Shown here: positions 46,311-60,690 of the stretch, piece by piece
How positions within the stretch are numbered: position 1 is the first letter of the stretch
How the letters are laid out: each line of letters opens with the position of its first letter
Assembly (NCBI RefSeq): GCF_963921235.1
Contig: NC_086097.1
Location: forward strand, 184,824,001-184,888,000
Direction: 5' to 3'
Length of the DNA: 64,000 bases
Source of the DNA: Mobula hypostoma
Lineage: Eukaryota
Translations under genes and position numbers: made by a program
The notes under the pieces: model-generated
Databases searched by the model: none
Told to the model about the DNA's origin: nothing
Seen by the model: the letters and a program-made list of their open reading frames with translations, nothing else

Positions 46311-49300
46311 CAAAAAAGAGACTCTGAAATTAGACATTTTCATTGTACTGAGATGAACCAGGGGTGTCCAATGTCTGGCAAGAGTTTTGTAAACAAATAT
46401 TGCAACAATAAAGCTAAAAGAAAACAAAAGTGGAGAAATATTATCTCAAAAGTAAAATCCAATGTTATAATCAAACTAAAATGGGCTGATTGCTAAAAGC
46501 CAAAACTAACATCATCAAAATGTTAGGATTAGCAGATTCAAAACTATATTCAATGTTTCCAATGTAGGCATGTGTTCCTTTCACATTTAAAGGTAAATTT
46601 TAACCCGTGGAAGGAATAGCACACTGCCCAATTAAATGTGCATCACAGAAAACTTCTTCTCTCTGTAATCTTCATAGATTCTTTCTTAAAACTGGTCAAG
46701 GAACAAATCCAAACACCATTATATATTTTCCACAAACATAATTGGAACTTCATGTTTCATGGAATTTCATATTTTCTAAAACAGAACACAATATCGACTT
46801 TACTGATAAATTTTCAGTTCAAAGTTCTTTTTGGCACTGCCACAGTACGGGCTTCAAGCTATATTGAAGATGAAGGATTTTTTTTGTCATTCATCACTTA
46901 ATGCTGTGACATCTCTTATGTTACTATAGTATTCAGCTTTGTTTTTCTTGATGCATTTGTTCCTGATGCTTTCACTTTTTTAAAAATTTTCAAATACTTA
47001 TAAATCTTCCCACAGCTGAGAAGTGGACAATATAGAATGGTCTTCCAGTAAAATGCCCAGCTGCATTGGATGCACGAGGCTCACTTATCTGTGATTGTGA
47101 TTTCCTCTGATATTTCTTCATCAGTGCCAGAAGTCTCAGGTGTTCAATCACTTTGCACTCATTACTTGTCGAGATATTACAAGCAGTAACTTATTCAAGG
47201 CTATGGGAACTGTAACTGACATGTGGCTGCTCTTTCCTTCTGGACAGCTCTGTTATTCCACTTAATGGAGAACAGTGATCTTCTGAATCCATCTGTCATT
47301 GCTGTATCTATGTGAATATCAGTCAGACTGTTGAAGTCAGTGCCTACTTGTGACAACCTTCCAGCTTTCAGTACTATAGATATGAATATTATGAAGATTA
47401 CCTAGTGACATCCTTGTATTATAATATCTGTTGTTGACACCCAGGTCCAGTAAGATATGCAGTATTAATGTCAGGAGGAACACCACCCTTACAAAGGATT
47501 GCATCTCTTCCGTTCATTCATCAGCTGTGCCATCCACTTCACCGTGTGCTTCTTTTGGAACATTATTTCTAAATGATGGCAGATGTCTGTATGTGATGCT
47601 TAAAGCAAGTGTGAACAGTGCCAGGTGCAGCTGGCTTCCTTGGCACAAGAAGCTAGTTGATTCACTCTACCTAAAAAGGATTTAAGGGGAATTCTGAATA
47701 TTTCATAACACACTCTTTAAGAAACTGAATTACCACAATATAGAGAAGGATACCATTTTCTATAGACACAGTGATGTAGGATGAAGCAACGTATAGGACT
47801 CAGTCGAACAGAATTAAAATCTTTAACAATGTCTCCTAATATGGAAGGTTGTGCTTGTATGCTTATATTGGTCTCTCTTGAAAGCTTCAAGGGTGTTTCA
47901 CTCGGGTTATTTTGCACATTTGCATCCAGAAAGATGTAAGATTAGATTAGAATGTAGTAAAGTGGCTGGTTGTAAACTGCAAATATTTCAGCGTCAACCA
48001 AAGAGTAACTCTAAATTTAAAAAAATTACACGTCTATCTACCTGTGCTGACAGTCAAATTCATTGAGTAAAATTTGGAAAGTTCACTTTCCGTGGATTAG
48101 CTTAATATCCGAACTTGATAATGAATGGAATTTTGCTGTCTTCCAATTCACTCAGTCGTAGACGTGCCATGGAGTGAAATGTACTTCTCTTTGAATGGCT
48201 AAACTTTAATTGCTCCCTTTAGTTCTGCTGGCCACAGTCAGCACAATTCTCCATTTCTGCGCCATTCATACCAGGTGCTGCAGATGAGATTCCACTGATT
48301 TTAATGGAGAGCCTGGTCCTGCAGATGTTTTTTTTTAATTACTTTGCTTTAATATCATGTTTTGGATCAGTCCTCTGCATTTTATTAACTATATGTTTAT
48401 CTCTTACTTTTAAGAATCATTTTATTTTTAACATTATTTACTTCAGTTTCAATAGTTTTAACATATCTCTGACTGTGATTTAATAATTATTAAGGATCTG
48501 TCACAGCCTGATTAAAGGCAAAATTCTATTACGGGTTTGTCTGAGGTATTATCCTAGTCTGTGGCCTTTAAATCATAGAGTGGGCCAGGCAAGCAGAATT
48601 ACCCCTCCAAAACTGGCTGGCGTAAGTATGACCACTGATGGCAATCTGGACTAAAACATGATACAGCCAATATTTCATAAAGCTTTCCAAACTCGTCCTT
48701 TTAAGAACAATTTTTTTATTTGATTGAAAACTGATCATGTCCGTAACCCAGTGATTTATTTTTGTAAGTGGTTTTAGCCATCGATATTGTGAATAATTTA
48801 CTCACTTTCGAAAACTGTAAGATTGCCAGGATAAACTTTGCTGTGTGTTTACTAATTAATAAAGGAATGTAGAAGAATACATTATGTTTGTTGAGCTTTC
48901 TGTCTTTACCCCCATTAAATTTGTGTTTTGTGACTGTATCAACATTCACTGTGGCAAGTTTTCCTAAGTTTCATTAGCTCTGTGTTCCTCATTCTTTTTT
49001 GAACACAAAGAAACATAATGCATAGAAAAACTGAATTCATAGTCCAGGTGAATGAACTTCCATAATCCAAGGACATTTCAATTTATCTCTTTCACTATGC
49101 TCACCTTTATTGTTTACTATCTGTCTTCTAATTACGCTGACACAGCTTCTCCTTCCATTTGTGCTGTGCAGCTTGCTAAGTTTTTGTTCCCCAACACTTT
49201 CTGTTTTATCTCAGGTTTTCAGCATTTGTGGTATTTTGCTTTCAGTGCTTGCTCTCTGGGGCAACATTTCAGGAGTGAGAGGGAACAAGGCAGACTGGTA

Positions 49301-50469
49301 TAGCAGGGTTTTTTGAGAGATTAGGAGCAAGGCTGATGAAATTACAATTGCTGATATTAAAGTGATTAAAATTGAGATGTGCAGAAGGTTGAGGATCTTT
49401 GGGGACTGAAGATGTTAAGAGAGTTAGGGAGGGATAAAGCCACAGAGGGATTTGATAAAATGGATGATAATTTTAAAAACTGAGAGAGTAGTAATCATTA
49501 GCAATTTTAAGAGGGTTACACATTGGATGAAAATTTAATTAACCTATTATGTGGAAACATTGCTTTATATTAAAAAAAATTCCTTCTCTTTCTTTTTCAC
49601 TTTATCACTAGCTCTTGCCACTGCTGGATAGACTGTTAGGATTTGTGGAAACATAAACTTAATAAATTTATCTCTGTCAGTATTACATGTCACATCAATT
49701 TATTCCACTGAAACTGTTTGTGTTTTATGACAGCTGGATTTAAAATAAAGGGGACTGAAGATGTATTTGTTCAAAGGTATACAGCACAGAATGGAAACTA
49801 CAGGGCCTATGCTGATTGGCATTGTCACTTTATCCATTCATCAAGCAGACCAGACTTTCAGAATCATTTACCAGATGGGTCGACTCGTCAGTTTAAACAC
49901 CTGATATGAAGCCATCCGTCATCTGATAACACGATCGTTTGTAAGCAGCTGGCTCCACACTCACAGCCTGACTGCACATGTGATGGACTTGAGCCAACAA
50001 ACAGGCTTGGCTGTGCTGCAGTCCCTTGATAGGATTTGCAGTCCTCCACTGGACCATGGAACAGGTGGAAGCAGAGAGAATGAAAAAAATTACCATGTGT
50101 TGCAGGGATTAGAACACACTCACCACTTCATGTGAATACCAATGAAAGAACAACCTTGATCCTGATGAATGTATGGCTCCCATATAAATGACTACAGATA
50201 ATTAAAATCAGAAATAAATTATAAAATTATACCATCAAACAAGGGATTGAACACATCATATACCTTCAAATACTTTAATATGCATTTTTAATTTTGCTGA
50301 AAAGCATAGGAGAATTCATAGCCAAAGAAATCTGTCAAATTTTCCAAACTATCATTGTAATATTAATTTTCATCAAAAATGTTATTTCAAATGACATTCA
50401 AATACAAAACATCTTACTCTGTTTCTTTTCTGAGGATTCAGGGGTAAAAAATCCATCTGGGTCCATGGA

Positions 50470-50800
50470 GGCCTGAAATTAAGCCGTGGGCCTCATTAAC
50501 ATTTCACTCACGACCTGCCGGCGCCTGTCATGTCTTTACTGGATATGAGCAGCACGTATGTCAGGCTGTTTGTCTCAAAGCATCTGGCCAGAGACATGTT
50601 CTGGGAGAAAGGCTGGGACAGGCAACAGCTAGGGTGGCGATCATGTCGACAGCGAAGTCGTGGGAACATTCCTGCTCGTTCTCCTTCCACTGGAAGCTTT
50701 CTGTTTTCATTTTGTTTTGAAATAAGCAGCAATTTCACTGGGGGCTCCGGCTGCTGATTCATCTACAATGGCTTAAGAATTCTGATGGTGACAGTTTTCT
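50470..50800. promoter_or_regulatory. Candidate conserved non-coding element/enhancer
   Basis: Non-repeat-looking, 11 CpG in ~275 bp against a CpG-poor background; clustered transcription-factor motifs. Confidence 0.35.
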
Positions 50801-51249
50801 GCTGCCTACTCATTGATACCTTTTTTGTGTGAGGGAAGTCAAAGGATGTAGTAATAATTTAAGAGTCCAGCAATTCATCCCTAGTCACAGTTAAATGTTA
50901 CCTTGCAGTTTCAGTAAATTGTACTCTGATTTTGATATTTGGAGAAATTATGCAGCACATCAATACTCCTTCGTAGTATATTTAGCACTACAAACAGGGA
51001 CGAATTTCCGGACATTAATGCATGCTATCATCTGTCACTTAAATGCCTGAAAAATAACTTGATCCAGATTTTGTTTAAATAGTTCTCAGGCATCCATGGG
51101 GTGCGGGATTTGGAAGAATTTATGTGCAGTGAGTTCCAATTAACTTTAGCAATCTTTGTTGTGGGGACTATTGGGAAGACTGATACATATTGGTGTTTTC
51201 CCTGGGACATTATCTGATCTCCTTGAACCCGAGTTGATTGCATTGGGAT

Positions 51250-52320
51250 TAAAGCTCAAAGGTCGAAGTAAATTTCTTCTCAAATTTTATATATGAAACA
51301 TTGGCTAGTGTTTCTTGCAGGTATTTACAGGATAAAAGAAATACAATAGAAATTCATGAAAAGTACATTAGAAAAATGATGAATTCATGAGTAGACAAAG
51401 ACCCTCAAACAACCAATGTACAAAAGAAGACAAGCTGTGCAAATAAAAACAACACTGAGAACACGAGTTGTAAACAGTCCTTGAAAATAAGTCTGCAGTT
51501 CAAGAGTTGAGCTAGGGCTTTACTCTTTGGAGAGAAGGAGGATGAGAGGAGACATGATAGAGGTGTACAAGATAATAAGAGGAATAGATAGAGTGGATAG
51601 CCAGCGCCTCTTCCCCAGGGCACCACTGCTCAGTACAAGAGGACATGGCTTTAAGGTAAGGGGTGGGAAGTTCAAAGGGGATATTAGAGGAAGGTTTATT
51701 ACTCAGAGAGTGGTTGGTGCATGGAATGCACTGCCTGAGTCAACTTGGAGCAGATCCAATTTGCACCTCAGGCATTAGTTAATGTGCTTCATGACCAACC
51801 TCTCGAAGCACTCCTTCATGGTGGATATAAGTGCTACTAGAAAATAAGGCAAGTTACCATGATTGATGCCTGTTTGAAGCAGGTGGGTACATCAGACTGC
51901 CAGAGGAGAGGTCTATGATGACTGTAAACACTCCAACCAGTTGATTAACACAGGTCTTAAGTGCTTGGCCAGGAAAACTGCTGGGCCAGATACTTTTCTT
52001 GGATTTACAACCTGAAGGATACCCTCACATCAGCTGTCAAGACTGAGATCATGAAGTCATAAGGGGCTTTGGGAATTTGTGGAAGTGCCTCCTTGTTCTC
52101 TCCATCAAAGTAAGCATTGAAGACATTGAGCTCATCTGGGACTGAAGTCTCATTGCCATTCATGTTGTTTCATTTTGCTTTGTAGTAGGGAATGACATTC
52201 AATTCTTGCCAAAAGTCATAATCAACCAAGGACTAGTCGATAGCATATAGGACTGGTGACCCAAGGAAGTATAAGCGGTCCAGGTATGACCTCCAGTCGG
52301 CCATCTCATGTGCAAAATGA
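51250..52320 (-). mobile_element. Decayed Rex1/Babar-type pieces (3' tail 51250-51500; mid-ORF2 51745-52320) flanking a CR1 fragment
   Basis: Antisense of MKCFERLVMKHIN at ~51780-51820 and P.KV.GP at ~51980-52005; AAGCATTGAAGACATTGAGCTCATCTGG is the antisense of PDELNVFNA. Confidence 0.65.
51508..51742 (+). mobile_element. Internal CR1 ORF2 fragment lacking the 3' tail
   Basis: Near-identical to the reverse complement of ~40759-40992 (LYSLERRRMRGDMIEVYKII..WNALPES). Confidence 0.9.
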
Positions 52321-54140
52321 CAATAGTGGACAAAATTTGAATCACAGAGGGATGTTCTATTGGAGTTCCACAATGCCGCTCCTATGGCTTTCCAGTATCT
52401 TCACCCAGCAAGACTGGTAAACTGTTTCAATTTAGGAAGTAAAAACTTCGAAAATTTTTGTTTGTTTCTGGAGTCTAAAGGTTGCAGACATGGAACATTC
52501 TGCTCAAATAACTTTGGTGAATTACTGCAGAACTTTCAGTAGCCATGACCTGCCAATGATGGTGGGAGTAAATGTTGAAGGTTCCTTTAAATTCAGTGGC
52601 TACCTGTGCTGAGCCACTTTCACCACCTTCCATTTGCTGAATTTCCAGTGCACTTCATGGCATTAAGAAAAATCACAAGCATTCCCAAGTCTACCATTCA
52701 CCAGGTCCAGGCAACACCATTACAAAACAATCAGCAAGTCTCATCAGATTGCTGTATTTGGAGACTTGTACAGACATTAAAGGTAATTCCTTGAATTTTA
52801 GCTGTGTGGCCTGATCGTCATGTGCACTGTGACGTACATTCTTTGAGATTTTAATGTTCTTTTAAGTCAAAATTACTCCTCAACAAAATATCTCACTCTA
52901 AAAGAGTATACCTAAATACTACTTCTTTGCATGTTTCAAAATATCAGGTATTTTAATAAAACATTTATTTATTATATTTTAGCTACTATTATTATTATTA
53001 TTATTATCATTATTCCTTTTTTATATAATTGTTTAAAAATTGTACCCCTTGTTACCTGGTTCTCTTTCTGTGAAAATCCTTTCACTTAATTGGCTGCTTG
53101 ATAACAGCACAGGTTTTGGGCATCTGTACAATATGCCTGGTAGTTCCCTGCATCAGAAAAGTGGAGATTCTTGCAGTGAAAATCACCAGATCTTTGTCAA
53201 AAGTGTTTTTCAAGGTCAACAGCCATTAGAATTGCTTTGCTAGAGCCTATCAATTTTGAGACTCTTTTGAAACTCCCCGTGGACCCTCATCCTGGCATCT
53301 TTTCAGCTATTGTGTTCTAAAGCATAACTTCACTATCTATTAAAACAATTCTCATTTTACTTCTGGTTCTTTTGTCAATTATTTTAAATCTGCGATCTGT
53401 AGTTCCCAGACAATTTTAGAAGATACTTGTACTATTGAAGCTTATTATTCCTGTCTAATCTTTCATCTCAATTCCTCCAATATCTTTGTGTAACTTGTTT
53501 CCCTTGCTAAAAGTCTTCTGCATTCTCCTTGGAATCTTAGCTGAAGTGTAGTACTCTGAAATGTGCGCAGGGTTAACCAGTTATTTGTAAAGCTTTATCA
53601 TGAATCAGTTTTTAATTAATTGCTGTTATGTACAAAATCAGCTGCTCCAAATATATTCCCAATTATATTATCAACATATCCCATTGCATTTAAAGATTTG
53701 TGATTTACAACTATAAGGGTTCTTGTGCTTCAGTTTTGTATTGGTTAGGTCATTCCTTTTCTCTATTGTTACATTAAACTTATCTGCATTAAATTGCAAC
53801 TGCGTTTGTCTGCCTATTTCATCAAGCTGTCCAATTCCTTTGGCACACTGCTACTAAATATTTTCTTTTGTGGCAGTATTGAGTCCTTATTCACTGGACC
53901 ACCACCATAAACTCTTATTTTTCTATGTCAAGGAATTCTGACATTAGGCACATATTATTTGCCTTCAGCATATCTGTACTACCTCCTCCTATTTCAAATG
54001 AGAGATAACTTTGACCTTGGTATATCATGAGTGTATTTCCTAACAATAGTGTTAAACTGACCTGTTCTTGATAAGATTATTATTGACTATTTTTCTGAGC
54101 AAGATGAGCGCCACATACACTTTTCAACTCTTCAAGCTGA

Positions 54141-54173
<33 letters not shown>

Positions 54174-54192
54174 CACGCGCGTACGCACGCAC
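54141..54192. repeat. (GT)n-(GC)n alternating purine-pyrimidine tract
   Basis: 52 bp of uninterrupted R-Y alternation. Confidence 0.9.
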
Positions 54193-54431
54193 TTGCACAC
54201 TATGTAATATGATTATTCATGATTATTACCAACTAAATGCTTCATATCCCATTTTCAATTTCTCCATGTATTAATTTGAACTCCTATTATGAAGACGTGA
54301 AGTACATGCTCAGTTCAGCAGTCATGTCTTTTGCCTGCATAATATTTTCTCTGTGGCCTAGCCACTCCTTTAACTCTGCTTCTACTTCTTAAATATATCT
54401 GAAAAGTGTGTTTGAAATCCCTACTATACTA

Positions 54432-57400
54432 GACCACAAAGACATAAGACATAAGAGCAGAATTAAGTCATTCAGCCCATCTAGCCAGCCTCACTATTTC
54501 AACATGGCTGATCCATTTCCATCTCACCCCTATTCTCCTACAATCTCCCTAGAACCTTTCATGCCCTGACTAATCAAGAACCTATAATCATTGCCTTAAA
54601 TGCACTCAATGACCTGGCCTCCACTGTCATCTGTGGCAACAAATTCCACAGATTCGCCACCCTCTGGCTAAAGAAATTCCTTCTCATCTCTGTTTTAGAT
54701 GGATGTCACTCCATCTTGAGGCTGTTCCCTCTGGTCCTAGACTCCACCACCAAAGGAAACATTCTCTTCACATCCACTCTATCTAGGCCATTCAGCATTC
54801 GATAGGTCACAATGAGATCCCCCTTCATTCTTCTAAATTCCAACAAGTACAGGTCCAGAGCCTTCAATAACTGCTCATGTGACAAGCATTTCACACCCAG
54901 ATCATTCTTGTGAACCTCCTCTGAACCCTCTCCACTGTCAGCACATCCTTTCTTAAATAACGGCCCAAAACTGCTCACAATACTCCAAGTGAGGCCTCAC
55001 CAATGCGTTAAACAGCATCAGCATTGCATCTTTGCTGATCCTCTTGATCCTCTTTCAAATCCTCTTGAAATGAATACTAACATTGCATTCACATTCCTCA
55101 TCACTGATTCAACCTACAAATTAACCTTTAGGGAATCCTGCATGAGGACTCCTAAATCCCCTTGCACCTCAGATTTTTGAACTTTCTCCCCGTTTAGAAA
55201 ATAGTCTATGCTTTTATTCCTTCTACCAAAGTGCATGACTATACACTCCCCAGCAGTATATTCCATCAGACACCTCTTTGCCCATTCTCCTAATCTGTCA
55301 AAGTCCTCAACACTACCTGCCTCTCCACCTACCTTCATATTGTCCACAAACTTAGCCACAATGCCATCAATTTCATCAACCAAATCATTGATGTAAAATG
55401 TAAAAAGAATCGGTCCCAACATAGACCCCTGTGGAACACCATCAGTCACCAGCAGCCAATCCAAAAAGGATCTTTTTATTCCCATTCTTTGCCTCCTGCC
55501 AATCATCCAATGATTTATCCTTGCTAGAATCTTTCCTGCAATACCCTGGGCTCTTATCTTGTTTAACAGCTTCATGTGCCGCACCTTGTCAAAGGCCATC
55601 TGAAAATTGAAGTACACAACATCCACCTTTGTCTATTCCACTTGTTCTTTCTTCAAAGAATTCCAACAGATTTGTCAAGCAATATTTTCCCTGAAAGAAA
55701 CTATGCTAACTTTGGCCTATTTTTTCATGTGCCTCCAAGTACCCTGAAACCTCATCCTTAGCAATGGACTGCAACATCTTCCCAACTGCCCTAGAACTTC
55801 TTTTCTTCTGCCTTCCTCTCTTCTTAAAGAGTGGAGTGGTATTTCCAATTTTCCAGCCCTCCAGAACCATTCCTGAAACTATAGATTCTTGAAAGATTAT
55901 TACTAATACCTCCACAATCTCTTCAGTTACTTCTATTAGCCCTGGGGTGTAGTCCATCAGGTCCAGGAGACTTATCTACCTGCAGACCTTCCAAGTTTTC
56001 CAAGCATCATCTCCCTAGTAATAGCAACTGCACTCACTTCTGCCCCTTGATACTCTGGAACTTCAAGCATACTACTAATGTCTTCCACAGTGAAGACTGA
56101 TGCAAAATACTTATTCAGTTCATCTGCCATTTCCTTGTCTCCTGTTACTATCTCTCCAGCTTCATTTTCCAGCAGTCCAGTATCTAAGCTCACATCGTTT
56201 TCACTCTTTATATATCTGAAAAAAACTTGATATTATTAGCTAGCTTATCTTCATATTTCATCTTTTCTCCCCCTATGGTTTATTTTTAGTTGCCTTTTAT
56301 TGGTCTTTAAAAGCTTTCCAATGATCTAACTTCCCACTAAACTTTTCTTTATTATATGCCCTCTCTTGCTTTTATGGTTATTTTGACTTCCCTTGTCAGC
56401 CATGGTTGTGCAATATTGCTGATAGAATACTATTTCTTATTTGAGATATATCTATCTAGCGCCTTCTGAAGTACTCCCAGATACTCCAGACATCGCTGCT
56501 CTGCCATTATCCCTTCTAGTGCCACCCTCCAATCAACTTTGGCCAGCTCCTCTCTTATGCCTCTCTAATTCCCTTTTCTCCACTGTAACACTGATACATC
56601 TGACCTTAGCTTCTCCATTTCAAACTGCAGGGTGAAATTTATCATATTATGATCATTGTTTCCCAAGGGTTCCTTTACCTTAAGTCCCTAATCATAGCTG
56701 GTTCATTACACAACACCCAATCCAGAACTGCTGATCTAAAGAGCCATCTTGGAGGCATTCCACGAACTCCCACTCTTGTGGTCCAGCATCAATTTGATTT
56801 TCCCAATCTATCTGCATATTGAAATCCCCCATGACTAATGTAGCATTGCCTTTTGGACATGCTTTTTCTATTTTCTGCTGCAATTTGTAGACCACATCCT
56901 GGTTAATGTTCAGAGGTCTGTAAATAACTCCCATCAGGGTTTCCTTACACTTGCATTTTCTTAACCCTATCCACAAGAATTCTTCATCTTCTAATTCTAT
57001 GTCACCTCTTTCTAAAGATTTGATCTCATTTTTTACCAGCAGAGCCACTCCTCCCCCTCTGCCTACCTGTCTTTCCTTTCAATAGATTATATATCCTTTG
57101 GTATTAAGCTCCTAAGTACAATTGTCCTTCAGTTATGACTCAGTGATACCTACAGCATCATATCTGCCAATCTCTATCCATGCTAAAAGATTATCTGACT
57201 TATTTTATGTACTGTATGCATTCAAATATAACACCTTCAGTCCTGTATTTGTCACCCTTTTTAGTTCTGTCTCCCTGTTACACTGCAACCCATCCCACTA
57301 ACTGCAATTTTGACTGTCATCTGCCTGTCTTTCTGGCAGTCTTATTATACACTACCTCTGCTTGTAAACCACCATGAATATCCTCAGTCCTATCATTCCA

Positions 57401-58150
57401 ATCCCCATCCCCCTGTCAAATTAGTTTAAACCCACCCCAAAAGCGCTGGCAAACTGTCCACAAGGACATTGGTCCTCCTTGGGTTCAGATGTAGCTAGTC
57501 CCTTTTGTACAGATCATATTTTCCCCAATGATCTATAAATCTCAAACCCTGCCTCCTACACCAGTTTCTCAGCCACACATTCATCTACCAAATCATCCTA
57601 TTCTTACCCTCACTGGTATATGACACAGGCAGCAATCCAGTGGTTGATATCCTGGGGGTCCTGTTTTTCAGTTTTCTACCTTTATCTCTAAATTCTCTCT
57701 TTAGGATCTCCTCTCTTTTCCTTGCTATTTAATTTCTACGAATATGTACCAAAATTTCTGGCTATTCACTCTCCTACTTTCGAATGTTGTGGGTACGATC
57801 CGAGATGTCCCTGATCCTGGAATCTGGGAGGCAACATGTCATCTGAGCCTCTCTGTTGCGTCCATGGCCTCACCTATCTACTCCTCTAAGTATGGAATCT
57901 CCTTTTACCACTGCATTGTTCCTCTGGCCCCTTCCCTTCAGAGCCACAGAACCAGACTCAGTGCCAGAGATCTGGTCACTGTGGCTCCCCCCGAGTAGGT
58001 CATCACTCCCAACGGTATCCCAAACAGCATACCCTGTACTGACCGCCTATTTCCTTTTCCTCTCCTGACAGTCATCCATTCACCTGCCTCCTGCAACCTA
58101 GGGGTGACTATCTCCCTGTAGCTCTTACCTATCATCTCCCCAGTTTCCCT
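54432..58150 (-). mobile_element. Nearly full-span but decayed CR1 LINE (ORF1 esterase region + ORF2 endonuclease-RT + 3' UTR)
   Basis: ORF1 remnants 57420-58140; endonuclease ALLVKN, GVIYRP, MGDFN (56692-57048); RT AFDKV, GVPQGSMLGPILF, KFVDN (55114-55626); (CATAAGA)n tail; many stops and frameshifts. Confidence 0.88.
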
Positions 58151-58654
58151 TACTCACCATTCACACTTGACTTTCTCTGATATTTTTTTGAATTCCCTAT
58201 CCACTCCCTGTTCCAAATTAAAAAGCCCTCTGTAAATTATGCTAATGTGTTTACTTTGCTCTATTGCAAAACAAAGACATAGACCTCATGCTGTCAGTCT
58301 TAAATGGACTATGAATCAAAGTGGATCAGATTCATAAAGGCAAACTACTGTGATTTCCAGTTATTTCTCTTAAGAAAAAGCATATGCACTCACTGTGAAT
58401 TGAAATTGAACAAAGCTCACTCCGCTTGAGAGACAAATGCTTCAAAAGCACTGGCAACAGGCATATATAATTTGCAGCAGAAGATCCAACATAAACTCAC
58501 TTGTAGTGAGAATGAGGAGCAGAATGGCTCAGCACGTTTCAACCATGCCTGCAATTATAATATTAAACCAATGAGTGTATTTTTGTCCTTTTATGCTCCT
58601 ACAGTTATCCACTGCACTCAGCTCCTAGCAGAATTAAATTCTCGGGCAAAGCAC

Positions 58655-58985
58655 TGGCACAGTTAGAAGAGATGCATTCGCACTGTTCCACTCATCCAGG
58701 TTCAATCCTGACCTCTGTTGCACTCAGTGTGGAGTCTGCTTGTTCCCCTCGATCCCATCTGTTTTCCGTGGGTGCTCTACTTTCCTCCTACACTCCAAAA
58801 ATGTGTGGAACAGGAGGTCAATTATCCCTACTGTGTGGATGGGCGGTAATATCTCTCGGGGTAGGTCAATGTTGATGGAAGGGTGAGGAGGAAAGGTTAT
58901 GGGGAAAAGTATGGATCATGGGATTACTTTGTGAGTGAGCATAGACTTAATGAGCCAAATAACCTCCTTCCAGGTCATAATGAAA
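58655..58985 (+). mobile_element. V-SINE/HE1-like SINE, decayed
   Basis: B-box GGTTCAATCC at 58699, GTGTGGAGT.TGC.TGTTC core, TTTCCTCCTACACTCCAAA. Confidence 0.65.
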
Positions 58986-60154
58986 TCAGGAATATCAAAT
59001 ACAATGCTCCATTCTTAATCTCTACTAATGAAAGTTGTGAAGTATTAATGTATTGAAAGAAGACTTAGAGCATTGTAGGCAATTCTTACTGATGACACTT
59101 ATTTTAGAACGATGTCAATTGTTGTTAAATTATAAAAATTTCCGGTAATCTGCAAACAAAATTCCTGAGGCAAACTAGTCCCCTAGCGTGCAAGGCATTA
59201 ATGATAGATAACCTATTTTCTTCCACTAGTAACAAAAAGACTTAAGTGATAGAACAGGAGTGGGCCATTCAACCACTTACACCTGCATAGATTTTCAATA
59301 AATTCCTGACTTTTACCTCAGTGCCACCTTTTTATACTAACCCCATATCCCTCAACCATCTTTCGGTTCAAAGATATTCAAAATGACTATCTGGGTATTA
59401 GAAGTAATAAAATATTAAAAAGGAATGTGATGTGTTACGTCAGCTATTACCAACTGGGAATTTTGTTGGCAAGGGAAGAAGTCATTTCTGCATATTCTTG
59501 ACTATCTTTCTGATGCATGTGTAGGTTATTTTTCCAACTGTGCACAATGCCAGGGATGTAATTAATCACTCAGAGACATGGAAAGCTGCTCACTCACATG
59601 CATGTTGTTTATTCCACTCTGGCTAACTACATTGTGCATGTGTTCATACGTAATACATATTCATAACACATTTACATGCATCAGAGTCCCCAAGTTAATT
59701 TCCTAACAATGCTTGAGGGAGTGTGATAATGCCTGAGACGGACATTCTCACAAGCTGTTCTTTTTCCTTCAATCTATGAATGATTCTGAAGACCAATAAA
59801 TTGATAACGAGATCTGGGCAAACTAATTTACTTTGGGTTACCTTTATGAAAAAGAGTTAATAACAACTGTCACAATGGTCATTTAAAAAGCAGATAAAAA
59901 GAACAAAGTGTACTTAATCTATAATTTAGAACATATGTATAACTATTTTAAAGTCTGCCAATGGTGGGAATGAAAAACAATAGCAGCATGAAACATGATG
60001 ATATGAATCCAAATTTTGAAAGAATTTATGGCACAATACATACTTAGTACTACGACTTTGGAGAAAATAACATTGTATTCAATGTTTAAGCATTTAAATA
60101 AAAGGCACAACTTGTAACTATCAATATTATTCTCAAGACTGGGCTTGCTTAGAC

Positions 60155-60690
60155 AGTCCCCTTAGATCGAGGATGATTTCTACTCTAGCTGTGTGAGTTC
60201 TGAATTGGTTAGTGAGATCAATGTGAGAACTGGGGAATTTTTTATGGATGGAGCATGTGGTGGCGTACGGGATTGATGGATAGTTTGTGAGAGTGTTCTC
60301 TGCTTCCGTTTATTCCAGGCCTCTGTGTACTCCCCTGACATAGCCTGACGTTCTCTGAACCACACTGAATGATCCTTCTTCATTGAGTGTGGTCATGGGC
60401 AGGAAATTCTTAGGAGTCAATGGGAATATTGCATTTCATAAACGAGGTTTTGTGTACATCTTTGAATGTTTTCATCCGTTCTCTTGGTAAGCTCTTTTTA
60501 TGAAAGGGCTTGGAATCAAGTCCAATGATTCTATTTGACACAGCTTAATGAGTGTAAATAGAATCTCCAGACTGGACATGGTGATCTGGAGAAGACACAT
60601 ACATTGATTTGCTTGTAACTATACTGAACTTGGATGAATTTACAGTGACAGACGGCATTGGTGGTATTTGTACAATGCCTTGAGACTTCT
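60155..60690 (-). mobile_element. Decayed RTE-clade LINE 3' fragment
   Basis: Antisense remnants LKALYKYHQC and RMKTFKD. Confidence 0.5.

Noticed and set aside
47431..47685. 84-aa ORF and minus-strand acceptor in non-repeat-looking DNA
   Set aside because: No motif recognised; minus-strand frames close quickly
49734..49909. Possible exon after TTTGTGTTTTATGACAG
   Set aside because: No recognisable protein similarity and only a weak donor; cannot be supported without RNA data
58655..58715. B-box GGTTCAATCC suggesting a tRNA gene
   Set aside because: No cloverleaf, and it is followed by a SINE core, so it is the tRNA-derived SINE head
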